Below, one piece after another: positions 45,170 to 59,086 of a DNA stretch of 64,000 bases. Position 1 is the first letter of the stretch. Each line of letters starts with the position of its first letter. Source of the stretch: Perkinsus olseni (Eukaryota); NCBI GenBank assembly GCA_013115125.1, contig JABANN010000019.1:1-64000 (forward strand). Direction: 5' to 3'. The notes beneath the pieces were generated by a model that was not told the origin of the DNA, searched no databases, and saw only the letters and a program-made list of their open reading frames with translations. The translations under genes were made by a program, and so were the position numbers.

Positions 45170-45904
45170 TAATGAAGAGCAAAACTGCGCAGATCAGCGC
45201 TGAGGAAACGCAAGACTTCAAGTGTCTCCTCACTCAAAGCGGCGCCCGCCCGCATCCGCCCTCTCACCTGTCGTAATCTGCAGCGTTCGGCTGCTCTGCT
45301 CTGCTTCGGGCCTCAAATTTCAAGCTGTACCACGTTTGATACCAGAGTTACGCTCGCGGCGCTCGGATCGCCCATTTCGACGAACTCTCCCCCAGAAGGC
45401 CTATGCAGGAGACTTCCGTTGGACTGTCGAATGCCCATTGAGGATTCTTACCGTTCTCGTTGTTAGCAAGGGCCCTTCTCTCCCTCTAGAACGGATCTCG
45501 CTCCTGGTCGAGTAGTGCTGCCTGGAATGCTCTTGTTGAGTCGCCATGATCGGTATCGCACCAGCTGGGAACTAACACTTCCCGAGGCCGTCTAGCATGA
45601 CTCCTCGTGCTCGTTGCCCTTCTCGCCGCAGTGAATACCTCCAGCCCTCACAATGGCGCGTGCCTACTGCGGTCGCTTTGCGTTCATGTTGGACTACCCC
45701 AAGTCTTACCATCCTCCTCGGAAGAATGAGGACGGGGACTTTGTTGATCCAAGGACTGACATGCTCCCCAAATGCGCGGCGGAGTGTTCTGAGTGGCTCA
45801 CTGAGTAAGTCCGAAGCCCTGGCGCTGCTACTTTCGTCTTGAAGCCGTCTGAACATCGTGAGCCTTATCGCACCGTTGTCGTTTATCCTTGAGCAATCAC
45901 GCAT
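45170..45904 (-). CDS. Possible small hypothetical multi-exon gene
   Basis: Exon-like open frames end at gtaag/gtaact donors (e.g. MFRRLQDE...LPRRM). No recognisable domain. Confidence 0.3.
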
Positions 45905-46634
45905 TTCCTTTATTCTCTTCGTTCATGAATTTCTGCCTTTTCGCCCATTAAATTTTGGTGATTGCGAACTGTGGAATGTCGCTGTGTAGGTACAATGCCT
46001 GCGTCCAGCGTATCAAAATGCGTACAGATGGCCGTGGTAACTGTCAGGGCCAGTACGAGGAGTTCGCGATGTGCCAAGACCACTGCATCGCGCATGAGCT
46101 GTTTCACTACTTGAAATAGCGCTGGCATCCCAGTCGGCGTTGTACATTTTTTACACATCGCCGGCAGCGATTTGAGGTAACATTTCGAAGAATCACGCAC
46201 AGGCTGCGGTATTACAACCCAGCTCATATCCTGGCATAGTCGAGTAGTTGATGATGAATGTTGGATGCATATTGTTTTTGAGGTCCTGGTAAAACCAGAT
46301 TTTGTGTTGGGGGGAAGTGCAGAGCGAGCGAACCCGTAGTCCTGGTCTTCCGGCCCTTCTCGGGCTCGAACATGATACAAACTCTACTTCGTACTAGAAC
46401 TCTATCTCTATCTCCGCGTGTACGCGGCTAGTGCTACCGGTATCGAGTAATGTGGTGTGATAGGGAACTTCGAGTATTGGGGACAGAGTGACACAGTCAT
46501 CCCGCTAGCGCGTCCATTCTAGCCCGTGCTAGCGAGCGGGGAGAGTCTCTCAGCATGAGCGAAATTTTTTAACAGGATATTTATTCTGCTCGTATTTTTG
46601 GCTATCCTTTGTCACTGCGACCCTCAGCTGCAAG

Positions 46635-48644
46635 ATGGTGTTTGGTAAGTTGTTTGGTCTGCAAGGGCAGCAGTACTCCTACCGAGGGTTCTACACCCTG
46701 CTGTGTGCCTCGTACATTGGCGAAAGCCTGTTCTTCAACATAGTAGCGTTGGTCATACTGTGGTTGATGGGTCGCTATCTGGTTTATCCTGAATTCCCAA
46801 AGAAAGGGAAGAGTAAGAAGACAGAGTGGCTGTGGATCGCTGGTATCGTGGTGGTCAACTTCCTCCTTGCCCTGCTAATTATTGGCTTGTTCTGCATTTT
46901 TGGCGCTTTCACTTTTGGTGATTATGCTGGGTGGATATATTTCGTATGTATGCCCATCTTGTATCTCTGTTTCTTGGTTAGCGTATTCTTCCTTCGACGG
47001 TCCATCTGCTACGATTGGGCCTTTGGCTTCCTGATCTACACTGCCGCCTTTCAAGCATGGTTCCTCATCCAGATTCCAACAATGTTCAACTACGTTTACC
47101 AGTACTTGACATGGTTGATTGGTATTGCAGCATCGTTGCCAATCATGGGAGCTGTATGGCACAGCTTTGCCAGCTATTGGCCTACCAGGACGTTGATCAA
47201 GAAGTGGTGGTTCTGGCTGGCTGAGGTTTGCACTCTGGCGTTCGGCATATTCATTACCTATTGTGTTGCTGGTACGTGCATTGCCCCATACAACCCCATG
47301 GAGAAGGGCTGGTGGATCCAGCTGGAACAGTCTCTGTTCTGGTCATCAAGAATGTTCCGTACCTTCACGTCGAGTCCGCGTTTCTGTCCTCCCGACCAGT
47401 TGGAACCTTGTCATGTGTATCTCACTCCTGCTCAGAATATGACTGACAGTATGTTCGTCAACGTCCACATGGGCTCCAACACTCAGTCTTTGAAGGTTCA
47501 CTACAACATGAAAGGTGGTCCTGAAATTGGCGTTATCGATGCTGATGAGTTTGAAGTCCCCCTGTTGGACTGGAGGGATCAGCGCAACGTCTACGCGGCC
47601 TACTTGCCCGATTTAACTCCTGGTGGTGTTGTTGAATTCACCCTGGAGTCGGACAGGAAGCACTTTGATGAGGTCTACCGTTTCCGGACTGCTAATCTGA
47701 CTGGAACTGTGCACTTCACCGATGGTGGTGACGCTGGTACCTCGACTTACGTGCAGGAAGTCAACTCTCACGTGGGGAAATACGACCCTCTCTTCGCCGT
47801 GGATGCCGGAGATGTTGCTTATGATAATGGCCTGTTTACTTGTGCTTGCGTTTGGGATAGTTTCCTCTCTAACTATGAGACCATCAAGACCACCCAAGGC
47901 TATTTGGTCCCGCTGATTGTCACACTCGGCAATCACGACGTGGGGGCTAACCATCACAATAAGGGAGCTATCGCAGCCTTCATGGATCCGGAGCAGTGCG
48001 ACGATCATTCCTTGTATGGCGCCCGGCCTCCGATCCTCGCGTACTTCCCATTCGAGGCTGTCGATGGTCATGCGAAGCCTGTCTGTCAGCGATCACCGAA
48101 TCACGTACACTATGCTGGCAAGGCGTTGACATATTGGGCTCTCGACTCGCTTTATGCTACTGATGATCCAATGGTTGCGGCGAACTTTGTCAGCGAGAGA
48201 ATGGGAAATTATAGTGACGTTGTCAACCATGTTGCTGGTTACCATGTTCCTATGTATCCCAACGATGGGGGGACCGTCGACACTCCGCTGACTCAGCCTA
48301 TGAGAGATTACTGGCCTCAAATGATATTCGATAAGTATCATTTCAAGGTTTGCTTCGGCCATCATGCACACGTTCTAAAACGGACGATGCCTATGACAAA
48401 CAATTCAGTCGCCGAGGGTGGCGTTCTTTATGTTGGTGATGGCAAGTGGGGCACAACCGGTGCGTTATTGCCCACATTAGATAGCTTGGTCTTCGGTCCA
48501 CCGTTTGTTACGTCTGGTATCGATTACCATGTGTGGCATGCCACTGCCGAGGATGACGGTCACTTCAAGGTTATCGCTGTGGACCGGTTCGGTAAGGTTG
48601 TCGATTCGACCGACAACTACGAGACTGGGCAATGGCCTATGTAG
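46635..48644 (+). CDS. Purple acid phosphatase-like metallophosphoesterase with a multi-pass TM N-terminus, intronless 669 aa
   Basis: About six hydrophobic helices in aa 18-215 and an FN3-like region. Motifs GDAG, GDVAYDNG, LGNHD, YHVPMYP, GHHAH and YVGDGKWG. Confidence 0.9.
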   Translation: MVFGKLFGLQGQQYSYRGFYTLLCASYIGESLFFNIVALVILWLMGRYLVYPEFPKKGKSKKTEWLWIAGIVVVNFLLALLIIGLFCIFGAFTFGDYAGWIYFVCMPILYLCFLVSVFFLRRSICYDWAFGFLIYTAAFQAWFLIQIPTMFNYVYQYLTWLIGIAASLPIMGAVWHSFASYWPTRTLIKKWWFWLAEVCTLAFGIFITYCVAGTCIAPYNPMEKGWWIQLEQSLFWSSRMFRTFTSSPRFCPPDQLEPCHVYLTPAQNMTDSMFVNVHMGSNTQSLKVHYNMKGGPEIGVIDADEFEVPLLDWRDQRNVYAAYLPDLTPGGVVEFTLESDRKHFDEVYRFRTANLTGTVHFTDGGDAGTSTYVQEVNSHVGKYDPLFAVDAGDVAYDNGLFTCACVWDSFLSNYETIKTTQGYLVPLIVTLGNHDVGANHHNKGAIAAFMDPEQCDDHSLYGARPPILAYFPFEAVDGHAKPVCQRSPNHVHYAGKALTYWALDSLYATDDPMVAANFVSERMGNYSDVVNHVAGYHVPMYPNDGGTVDTPLTQPMRDYWPQMIFDKYHFKVCFGHHAHVLKRTMPMTNNSVAEGGVLYVGDGKWGTTGALLPTLDSLVFGPPFVTSGIDYHVWHATAEDDGHFKVIAVDRFGKVVDSTDNYETGQWPM

Positions 48645-49040
48645 TCCACTTCCACAGAAGCTCCGTGTATGCTCCATCAGTCCCATGCAGTCGTGCATGT
48701 TCGGAAACAGTGATGTGCGTTGCTTGCGTTGAACTTGCAATTTGCGTAATCCTCATCACTAACATCCGTTAGTTATCGCTTGAATTCTTGACTTCTCGGT
48801 TTTCGTCACCGTTTATGTGTTGACCCGTAGAAATTCGGTTGACTATATTATTTCACACCTTAGTTCCTGATGTATGTTCCATAAGTGTACGCGTTATGTT
48901 CCTACTATGTCACCGAGACGTTCCGCCTTTTGTTGTCAGTGGAAGATGGTGGAGTTGGGGCCCGATAGTTGTATGAAACGCAACAGAACGACGGATTTCA
49001 CGCCTGGCTCAACATCAACATGTCTCTGGGCGAGCTTGCA

Positions 49041-52000
49041 TCAATATGGCTTGGGCGGATTTCGGGCGTCTATTGCGTGAAGCACTCCCGGGCCGGATAG
49101 ACCTCGTAAGCAGCGGGAGGTGCAGCGGTGCAGATGGTCGAGGGACAAGCACCGAGCTCGCAGATTGCGCTCTCGATGGTGGCGCTGTATACGTGTTGAG
49201 AAGGCCCGAAAGACCTGAACATAAAACCAATCACCCATGGTCGTTAGGCGAGAAGAAACTCACTTCTGGTGCTAACTGGCCCACTCGACCTCGGTGCGGG
49301 TGATAACCATGACGATGGAGGTGTTGAAGTGTAATACTTCACATGCGGTTCGCCAGATCTCCGGACGCTCAAGTTCCAATGAGAGCTTGGGTCAAATGTC
49401 GATAGCTCTGTTGTGAGAGGTTCTTTGCGTTTGAACGGATATGGGCCCAGCACGGGTATGATACTGCATTTCTCATCATCAGTTGCCGCTATTCGCAAGT
49501 AGGTGGGTAGAGAGTACACTTCGGTTTCACCGGCAGCTGTGACCGCCAAAATATTGATGTAGCCGAACCATTCCGTACCTCGACCAAGATAAGGCTATGC
49601 GCGCTCTCATGACAGCGTGGCCAGTACCAGCAGTGTTGGTGAATGGTCTGACGAGAACATGCATGGTTTGACCGGGTGACAGAGACTTTCCTTCTTTCCA
49701 CTCTACAGAGAGCGGTGGAGCTACAGGTCCCTTGACTGTGGCCAGCGATACGCTGATGGTCTCTAAATGATACCTACAATAACTTCTGGTCTATGAGTGA
49801 TTAATGAGACATGGTTGCAAAACGATGTGGGGAGTTAAGCTTAGTAACCTTAGGTAACCTACCTGATGTTGGTGAGGTCGATACGGAAGTCATGTGTCGA
49901 GTTCATGGCCATCACCCCCAGATCGAAGGCATGTGTGAACCTATTTAAAATCCGGGATGCTAGAAGCCTTCTAGTAGAAGGCTATTAACTTCGCATACCT
50001 GTATTGCTCCCACACCACCGTGTCGTCGAGATAGCAGCCCTTGCTGAGCATTCTCATTGCTGCCTCCAATTCCTCATTCGCTGGGATGTACTTCCTGTCC
50101 ATAAGTTTGGGGACAGTAGTTGGTGCTGCCTTCAGTATTAGTCGCCTATGAATCTCTGTGAAGTCCTCGTACTCGCTGTATTTCTGGAAGTGGGAAGACA
50201 GGACTTCGTGCAGGCCAATCGGTGGTGTAACATCATAATTATGACAGCGCTCTTCAGGTCTTTGGAGCTGATGGATTTGAGCTCTTACAAATTTGTGGTG
50301 GTCACGGTAAGCATCGAACAACTTCTTCTTCACAATTTTGTGTTTGTTCAGAGACAGCTGACGGACAAAGCGTCGAACTCTCGACATGAGTAGAGGGGTC
50401 TCGAACTTCTTGGCTGAGTAGGCGTAGTTGGCGAGGAGAATAACTAAGTGTAGCAGCTGCTCCAGTGGGAGTCTTGTACTGAAGCCCCTGCGAGAGAGAG
50501 CAGTGAAGTCGGCGCCTCCGTAGACTTCAGATGAATCATCGCGGTGATCGAGGTGTCTGAATGTCTTTTCTATGAACTACCGTCTATTACTTGTCGTTAT
50601 CGGTTACAATGAGCCATGCGCGTTGCGCGACCACCATACCACATACAGTTGGAACGATCTACACAGATAGCATTCACGGCCCAGGAGATAGCCCAAAGAA
50701 TTCGAAGTCACCTCGAAGTCATGTAGGAAGTCGGTGACCTCCAGCCAGCCCATCCCCCACTCGCCAGAGGAAAGCTCACTCTCTCGGACCGGGTCGAAAA
50801 ACGCCCTGCGAACCACGAACTGGCGTGACTTCTCAGAAGTCTCTCTGTTGATACCCAAGCCGTGCAATCGCTGCTTTTTCACTCCCAAGTTCAGCCATGA
50901 CCTCAAGGCGTCGGTATAGGCGAGAATAGAACATGTGGACCAACAGAAGGCCTGAGGGCACCCTGATTCCTCGGAGTGCCATCGCTGCACGCACCAGCTG
51001 GGGTTCGCCGCTGCGCGGACGACGGTAGCATGTGGGCAACTGGGTACTGTTTTAGATTGAGGAACAGCTTCATAGCAAACAAACGAGGCCGGGCCTCGCT
51101 CCGCTCATACGCGAGCTGACTAAAGGCTGCGTAGATCTCAGTCTCGACCGGAACCTCGCCTGAGATGGACAAGGGAGTGTATCCGACGGTCCACAGACAG
51201 CCGATTCCGCAGGCGGGAGATATTCTATGCTACCGATGGTTGAGCTTCCACGGCAACTCGCGCTGCACGGCCTCGAACTGCACAGAAGATCTGACGCTCT
51301 CCCGAACTTGCAGCCATGCTGATCGAGAGGTCTTCCACGAGGGATCTCGAACGGCAGGAGACAGGATGAGATCTCTTCTGTGTTGCAGCTACCGAGTCCC
51401 GTGCGATCTGTCTCTGATTTGAGAGAATCCCCAACTCTGAGGGGCGGTGTGGCGCTCCGCTGATAACCATTTTAAGGGCCGGCGAACGAGCTTCAGGCTG
51501 AACTGTTCAGCTTTGAGCGTGAGAAGGTTCACAGTTCACAACGAGAGAACAGCGGGAAGCGTAATTTTGGAGTAGACTAGCTCCAGACTCAACGCAACAG
51601 ACTCAAGTCTTTCTCACAACGCGTGGAATGGATGTATGGATGTATGGTGCACAAAGCGGTAAAATGAGCCGAATGCAGTTTGAAAGTCATCGAAGGTCGA
51701 AGTGAACTTCTCAAGCACCACCGGCATGACGTTGAATCACTTGGCTGGGCGCAGGTTACCTCCACGTTGCCAGCTCTTAAAAGCATCCCGGTCACTCGTC
51801 GTTAGGTTCAACAGACAAACGCCTTTCCTATCCGCAATCTTTCCTTGACCCAGTTGGCCCGTTGCGTGACGACGGTTTATCAAACACCAAACTATTAGGG
51901 ATACCTCCAGCTCTGATCCCTCAGTGGCAGGATATCTGCCCATCACTGGCTCAATCCTCGTCATCAGTTGGTTCTCCGGTCTCACAGGCACGGGCTCCGC

Positions 52001-55000
52001 CTCTCCGCCCGCATCGGACGCATTTCCTGCGACCGAACTCTCACTCGAAGGTTCGGAGGGGACCTCTCTGCTCAACATCGCGCCAAATAACCGAGCCGCC
52101 TGGAAGAGACACTCGAAATCAGGGGTGTCGGGCTCTTGCTGGGTGATAATCTCCAAAGCACCAATGACCAAGTCCACCACTGTTTGACTCGATTTGGGTT
52201 GACCCTTTACAGGATCCGTTTTGTAATCCCTCAGGGCCTTCTTGACCGTCTCGTCGGCAATAGTAGAGCCAGCGCAGAGGTCCGCGAGCAGGGCGAGTAT
52301 CCGTCCCAGAGCCTTGGCACCACCAGTCTTGGCATTGGGTTGAATCTCCGCAACAAGGACCATGTGAACCCTCAGTCTTGCGAAGTGTCGCGCGCCATTG
52401 GCAGACCTGTACTGTAGCAAGAGCATCGCTCGGCACGCCTGCCTCATTAACCGGGGGTTGTGCCCGAGCGTGCACCACCTCTTCAACAGTAGGACAGGTA
52501 TCCCTGCATACCCAGCATCCAGCAACAACTCCTTGTTCAACTGGTTGATGTCGGTACTTTCCTCCCCGTCATTCAGACACAAGACGGCTGAGGTTTCTAG
52601 CATCTCAGCAGCGGTCGCCGGATTGGTGGCGGGAGCCAGAACCTCGAAGCACTGCACGATCGTCTCCAGCTGTTCTCTAGGAATACCACTGCTCACAGTC
52701 GAGCGTGCAGCTACCAACATTGTTCGGCTTTCCAAGCAGCAGTTGACCGTCCGAACAGCAACCTCGGGAGGGACCATGCCAGTCTGTGCATTCAGAGTTG
52801 ATACGTCGGAGCCACCATCTCCCGTTATTTCCAACACGTTGTCTGTCACTCTCCTGAGAATATCCAAAGCCATCTCCATCGCCTCGAGCACGAGACGTGT
52901 GCCGGTGTTCGACATGGGCACTATAGCCTGTAAGACCTGGCAAACTGCTCTGCATATGGATGAGCTCTCAGCCCCATGCCGTCGATAAGCCTGCCGTATG
53001 GCGTGTATCCCCGCCGCTTCGACTACGCTGGTCGCGTAGTCATCAGAGAGCCTTGCCATAACCGCCAAGCATTCGAGTCCAATAGTCTGGACCTGTCGTT
53101 TGGTGACGAAGATGTCCAGCAGTTGACAAACCAACCGTACGTCATGACCGTTTTGGGGGAAGTCGCTAAGGTCATTGATCTCATCAGCCGCTCTGCTGCC
53201 CTCATCAGCGAAGCCTCGCGGGACATCCTTCAGAGTGAACGGTATCCCGTCCGCCACCGCTGACTCTGGAAGCGCCGTAGAGTACACGGCAATCAGGGCC
53301 AACATGGCACGTACGCTGACTTGCTCAATCCTATACAGCTCCAACGCCTCGCATATATAGAATATCTGTTCATCTCTCCGGTGGTCGCTACGGCACGCTC
53401 CAAGGATAACCAGACACTGCTCGATGGTCGGAATCGACTCGGACTCTCTACTCGGCCACATGCTGAGGACGAAGTCCACATGGCAATTTTCTGTTTTCGC
53501 CTCCCGGGTTGCAGTCATCGCCAAAACGGCCAGGATCTGCTCGTTGAGGTTGGGTGTCTCCTCGAATGTATGAGGAAGAGCAAAATACGTAGTGGTGTTC
53601 CACAGTGGTACGGATAACTGTTCTCTCATGGTATCGCGCAAGGCGGTCGTATCATAGATTTTCACGCAGGTCCGGAGAGCGTAATCGAGGACCACCTCGC
53701 CCCATTTGGGTCGTGCTTCGTACTTCCCAGAGACACACGAAATGATATCCATGGCGAATCTGATGTAATCCAGGGCCACCGAGGGCCTCGCCGAGTAGTC
53801 AGATTTTTTCGAGCCCAAGTACAGGAACTCAAGAACGTCCTCCCATTGTTGTTTCTCATTCTTTTTATTATCATCCGTCCGAAATAGTCCTCCAGATCGA
53901 CCGTGGACGCCCATGGCTCGATGGCGCGAGAATAACGTCCGATAGACCGAATGGAATTCTCTGTAGGGCGGCCGAGGCACTCTTAAAGGTACGTCGTCCA
54001 CCGACGGTCCAGTACGAACTCTCGTTTTCTTTTTTTCCTTCTCCGGGACCAATTTCGGTGGCGCCGGAGTACTCGGTGTTTCTTCTACGTCGGCTTCGGG
54101 ATCGCCACCGAACACATTACGCAGCCACCCTGTAAAGGTAGAATAGCCTGTGTCTTCCGTCACCTCCTCAGCAGGAGAACGCTGCGCACGGCTGCGATCG
54201 TGCGACGGAGGTACTTCTCTCCTCTCTTTCAGAGTTTGCCGCCGCCTGACCTCACGAAATCCGATAGGAGAGGAGCGGACAGTAGTATCCCGGCGGCCAT
54301 CCGCGGCCAATTCAACACGCGGCGCCATAACCGGCTGACTGACGTAGGTGTGAGGTTGGGGCGATGAGATATCAGGTTCAACAGCCTCGCTATGGGGAGG
54401 GTCTCCGTCTACTTGTATGTTTCCTGGGCCGACATCGTAGGCTTTTCCAGTGTCAGCGACTTCATTCAGAAGCGGACTAGGCTGAGGAACCCCCTCATCG
54501 TTGTCCACTGGGTCCGGACGTAGCGGCTGCGATGACGGGGACCGGCACCTCGGAGAAAGAACGCCACCGCCCATCCACTCGAACCTGTTGGTATTTCCCT
54601 CGTCGGTCATCGTAAATGGCGGTTGAATAAAAGTGAAGTCACGGCCGCGCTTCACAGTGTCGCACTCGGTCTCTTGGATGGCTTTGTAATAGCACTCCAG
54701 AACTGCGGTTTTGTCTTTGATGTCGTCATACATCTTCACGAGTGACTCCAGCCTATCGGCATGCCCCACAAGAATCTCCGAGGCATCGGCCCTAGGCTCG
54801 TCCGTCTGAGCGTCTGCGTCAGACACATGTCCGTGTCCTGAAAGAGAAAGACTTCTCGGAAGAAATCGATTACCTCAGTGCTATCCTACCTGTTTTCTTG
54901 TGTGATGTCTGAGCATCTGCGAAGGGAAGTGGTGGCGGCTCTATCGTGACTGATCACAGAGTGAAACTGTAAAATCACGTCAGTAATATTCCTCTCGGTA

Positions 55001-55444
55001 ACGATATCCACCACGGATCTTCGCGATTTCATAAAATATTGAAGCAAGCCTACATGAGTTAGGGGGAAGGACTGCCTGCGGCGCGGTGCTTTGGTCTCTG
55101 GCCACCTTCAGCAGGCGTTGTCGCTCAAGATTCATCTCGCCTGGATCACTCTGATCTTGGGCTTGCGCATCGTCTAAAGTATGAAATTTGACGATCATGC
55201 AAATCTAAACTGAGTCTCACCCTCATGCACTCTCATTTGCTGCTGACGCCTCGCGAGCTGGAGAAGACGCTCCCGCTCGGGACTTCGAGTGCTTTCCTCT
55301 GTGAATCTCTCTGAAGGACAATCCGTGATGGTGAAACACGATGCTCTCCGTTGAATCACCCGTAACCTGTCGATGCTGTGCTCGAGCGTGAGCGAGGAGA
55401 CGCTCTCGCTGAGAGGGGAGGGCTATGGTTGCTGAAGTCGTCAT
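49041..55444 (-). CDS. Large protein with an ARM-like helical region and a C-terminal calpain-like (probably inactive) domain
   Basis: A ~3-kb exon encodes ARM-like repeats (VQTIGLECLAVMA, LMRQACRAMLLL). Downstream exons give FGRASDLL, IYAAFSQLA and GMGWLEVTDFLHDFE, resembling calpain CysPc. The ends were inferred. Confidence 0.55.
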
Positions 55445-55693
55445 GCTCTAGCTTCCTGCATGTCGGGAAAACGGCTTGCGCGAGGAAAGTGAGGTGAGCC
55501 ACGCTCAAAGCTGCGAGGACCGCCTCTCCACCAGAGGATCCTAGACCTGGCCTTGAACGTTACGGGAACCTTCCCAAGACTATTCATCACGATGAATTGA
55601 CAACCACAACAGAGTTAGCTGGAAGGAACCGAGACGTACAAGCTAGACAGCAGGAAACAGGCTACGATGACGTAATAAGGCCGAGCCCCAATT

Positions 55694-57350
55694 TTAGTTC
55701 TCTTGGAACATCTCTAAGCGGTTCTCGTCCTCGAATCGCTCGATTGTGGCAACATCTGTCTTGGGGATCAAGTGGAACACGGCCATGCCCACCAAACGCC
55801 TGATCCAAAATACCGTCATTCGAGCGCGAGTATCGGAGACTCTGCGCATCAAAAAATCACAGCACTTTTATAGCGGAAGTTCTCAATGGGGGACTACCTG
55901 CCCTTGAGAATTTTTCCCAATCTAATATTCAGGGTATTCAGCTTCACCATCACGACCGTGTCATCACTTTCCTCGGCATAGCACTCGAGGTACGCCTGGA
56001 AGTTGCTGTAGACAAACCTGCGAGGCGCGAGACGGAGCATGAAGCGTATGACAGGAGGGAGTCGAAGCTCACTCCTTCTTGGTGTCCCAGGGCACACAAC
56101 CCCTATTCGGGAACATATCTTTAGCAATTTGCTTTAGTTTGACGTCTTCTCTTACAGACTTCTGCCAGTCTGTCTGCATCACCGAGTCGTACAAGAAGAG
56201 TATGGGCCAAAGCAGAAGTCCACTTGAGTGGTCGAGGACAGGCGTGCACGAACCGTACTGACTGCAAAAGTCGTATATGACGGGACCAATTGATATAGAT
56301 CGATCCTGAGAGGGACAAAGCGCCGCCATTGGTGGACCACCACTACGCTTTCCAACAGCTGTGCCCAAAGCTGTGGAATGACTCTTACCTCGAGCGCGGA
56401 ATCCACCTCTGCTGTTTCGCCATGATCTTCTAATTTCTCCTTCTCCCGGCGTTCCCGGGACTTCTTCAGCTCATCGATAGCCTGCCCCATCACCTTTGAG
56501 AGGTCTTTAGAGTCCGGATCCACCTTCAGTCCGTAACGAGCAAATCTGGAGTTGCAAATACAACTGTCCTCGCGTTATGAAACATAGTGAGTCTCACTTC
56601 GCTGATCTGGCGAAGAGCTTCAATTCCCGGCAGGCGACCGCTCCCCTATACGCAGCCTTCACTTGAGTAGGGTCCAACGACAATGCTTGTTGAGCGTCCG
56701 AAATGCATTGGATGTACTTCTTCTGTTTCAGATACGCCTGTGCCCGATTCGAGTGAACCTGGGTAGAACATGTCGAGCGCCTTAACTCCCAAAAATCGAC
56801 AGGTCTCATTGTACGCGATGGACCTACAGCGGGCGATGCTGAGAGCTTACCGTGGCATCTAGTTTAGAATCTCCGCAGTGAACCGCTAGGGCATTAGTGT
56901 AAGCATTGATAGCGCCGTCCAAAAGGCCCGCTTTCATTTGCTCGTTCCCTCTTTCCTTAAAATTTTCGCATCGCTCCTGCGGGGGCGTTTCCTCGATGAG
57001 ACTCTAAAAACAGTCACGGTTCCACGGCCCCAGTCTGGCAGTCTTGCTCAGCGCACCTCCAGCGCCAGGAGATTCGGGTTAGTTTTCATTTCCTCTTCAG
57101 TTGGTGTATGTGTCATATAAAGTGGATGAGCCTCCATCTCCTCATCCGTCCACGTCGGGAGATCCGTTCTAGGGTTGTAGTTAGCCCAAAACTCTTCCTC
57201 TTCCGCCTACTTAGAAAATGACTCAGAGAAAACGAAATGACTTAGAGGAGCACCAACCCGTTGTACTACCTCCATGGCTGCCATCACCCGCGTATTATAG
57301 GCGGCCACCTGCTTAGGGTCGTTGAAGTCGGGGGCGGGAATATCAGACAT
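55694..57350 (-). CDS. TTC4: TPR co-chaperone TTC4/Cns1, multi-exon
   Basis: HPLYMTHTP, NPNLLALE, FKERGNE, HSNRAQAYL and KAAYRGA. Wheel-domain motif LLWPILFLYDSVMQTD and PWDTKKE. Confidence 0.85.
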
Positions 57351-57589
57351 TCGAACCGTGTAATATAGAACTGCCAAATGTGACTAGCCTCGCAGTCTAC
57401 GAACACGTCGCTTGTCTTCTCTTGAAATAAGTAGGCGATTGCCTCACATCAATGATACATAACTCGTCATTCAATGTCAATCAGACATCACAGCTAAAAC
57501 GTGGTTCGTGAAATCTCGATCTCGGCCTGCCCCCTTCCGTCCATGAAGATCTCTTATCGCAGGCGCTGACCATCCGTCTCTATCCAGCG

Positions 57590-58949
57590 TCATTCACCTG
57601 AGCCCGAAGAGGAAAGCGGATCGCTATCATGGATCAACGCCGCGATGCACGGTTCCAACATGTCCTTCGACTCAAACCCAGTAGTACTGTTCTGCAGGAT
57701 TGCCGAAACGGCCTTAGTCGCAGCCGCTACAGCATCTCCCACTCCTCCTCCGTCCGGTGGAGAGTTCCGCGACATGTATGCTTGATTTGGTGGAGGACTC
57801 CGATACCCATGCGAGGAATTGGGCTCATGACCATAGTGTTGGCGCTGCTGCATACTCCGTCGCATCCTCTTAGCCTCCGATACGGCTCGGGCAGCCGTTG
57901 AGTCAGAGTCGGCGAATCTGAGAGGAATGCACGCTTCCGCCGACCATGTACACAACATAGTGGCCAACATCACAGAATTTCGGCCTCAACGATCTAACAC
58001 GAGTGAGCTGGTTCTGTGCCATGAAGCCTTGAACTACACTACTAAACCACACGGCTGAGCCCTCGTTACTAGAACGTACCGAACAGATATGACTGAGCTC
58101 TCCTCCATCCTGTAGCGTCCGTTCAGCTCTCGGATCGCAACCTCGGCCGGCCCCGGTATTTGGTACCTAACATATAGTTGTCTCAACCCCGAAATGTTCC
58201 GCCTCCAGTACGTTATAAAGGCACAGGCCTGCCCGCTCTTGCTCTTCCCTTGCATCAAGTGCACTGACTCAACGTGACCGAAAGGGCAAAAGATAGCTAT
58301 GAGATCGTCTCTATCAACCTAAGGCGCCAATCGTAATAGATGATATTGCGAAGCCCTCCACATGATTGTACGAAGTCGGGCAGGCCGCCAACGAACAGCT
58401 TGCACCCTGCCGTGTGAGTTGGTTGGGAAGGCGTGTGATGTGGTCTCCCTCCCATCCCAGTCGAGACCGGTGGACCAGGGGAATGTATGTACGGTGCCGA
58501 TCGTCTCGCTTGTGATTTCGCGTACCTATGACAGTGAATAAACTACGTCTACCTGACATGGTTTCTTCCTGCAGCAGTCTACATCCACCTACTTCACAAC
58601 GACTGTATCTCTGTCCTGTGTCCTCAGTTTACCAGCCATATGCATGGCTGCTATGGCTCGTTCGCAAGACTCTGCACAATTTCAAAAGCATAACCGCCCA
58701 CGCCGCCATCGAATCGCGGACTACCCGTATCGTAATACTTCACGAACGCTGAGCTCTGCCCGCTCCTCGACCGGCCGCCGGACATGAGATAAACTTCGTT
58801 TATCGTCCCTAACAACTAGTGCTTCACGAGAGCGGTTATGCCTCTCCAATTTTCCCAGTACTACCGTATTCTTTAAAGCGTGAGTAGATCTCATCTTCCG
58901 TAGCATCAGGAGGCAAATTGCCGACGAAGAGTTTGAAGTCAGAGCTCAT
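57590..58949 (-). CDS. Two-RRM RNA-binding protein (CELF/Bruno-like), multi-exon
   Basis: RNP2 KLFVGNLP and KLFVGGLP, DDLIAIFCPFGHVESVHLM, RNP1-like QACAFITY, and AIRELNG. The 3' end is uncertain and may extend to ~57477. Confidence 0.8.
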
Positions 58950-59086
58950 CAACGTGAGTGGAACAAAGGCAACCTCTTCGTGACGAAAAAAACTTGGGAG
59001 GCCACGAGGGCTTACGCACCATTGTGACAAGAGGCACCCAGCGCGAGCTTATTGTCTTGAGTTTGTACTGGCTAGGGTCACAATGG

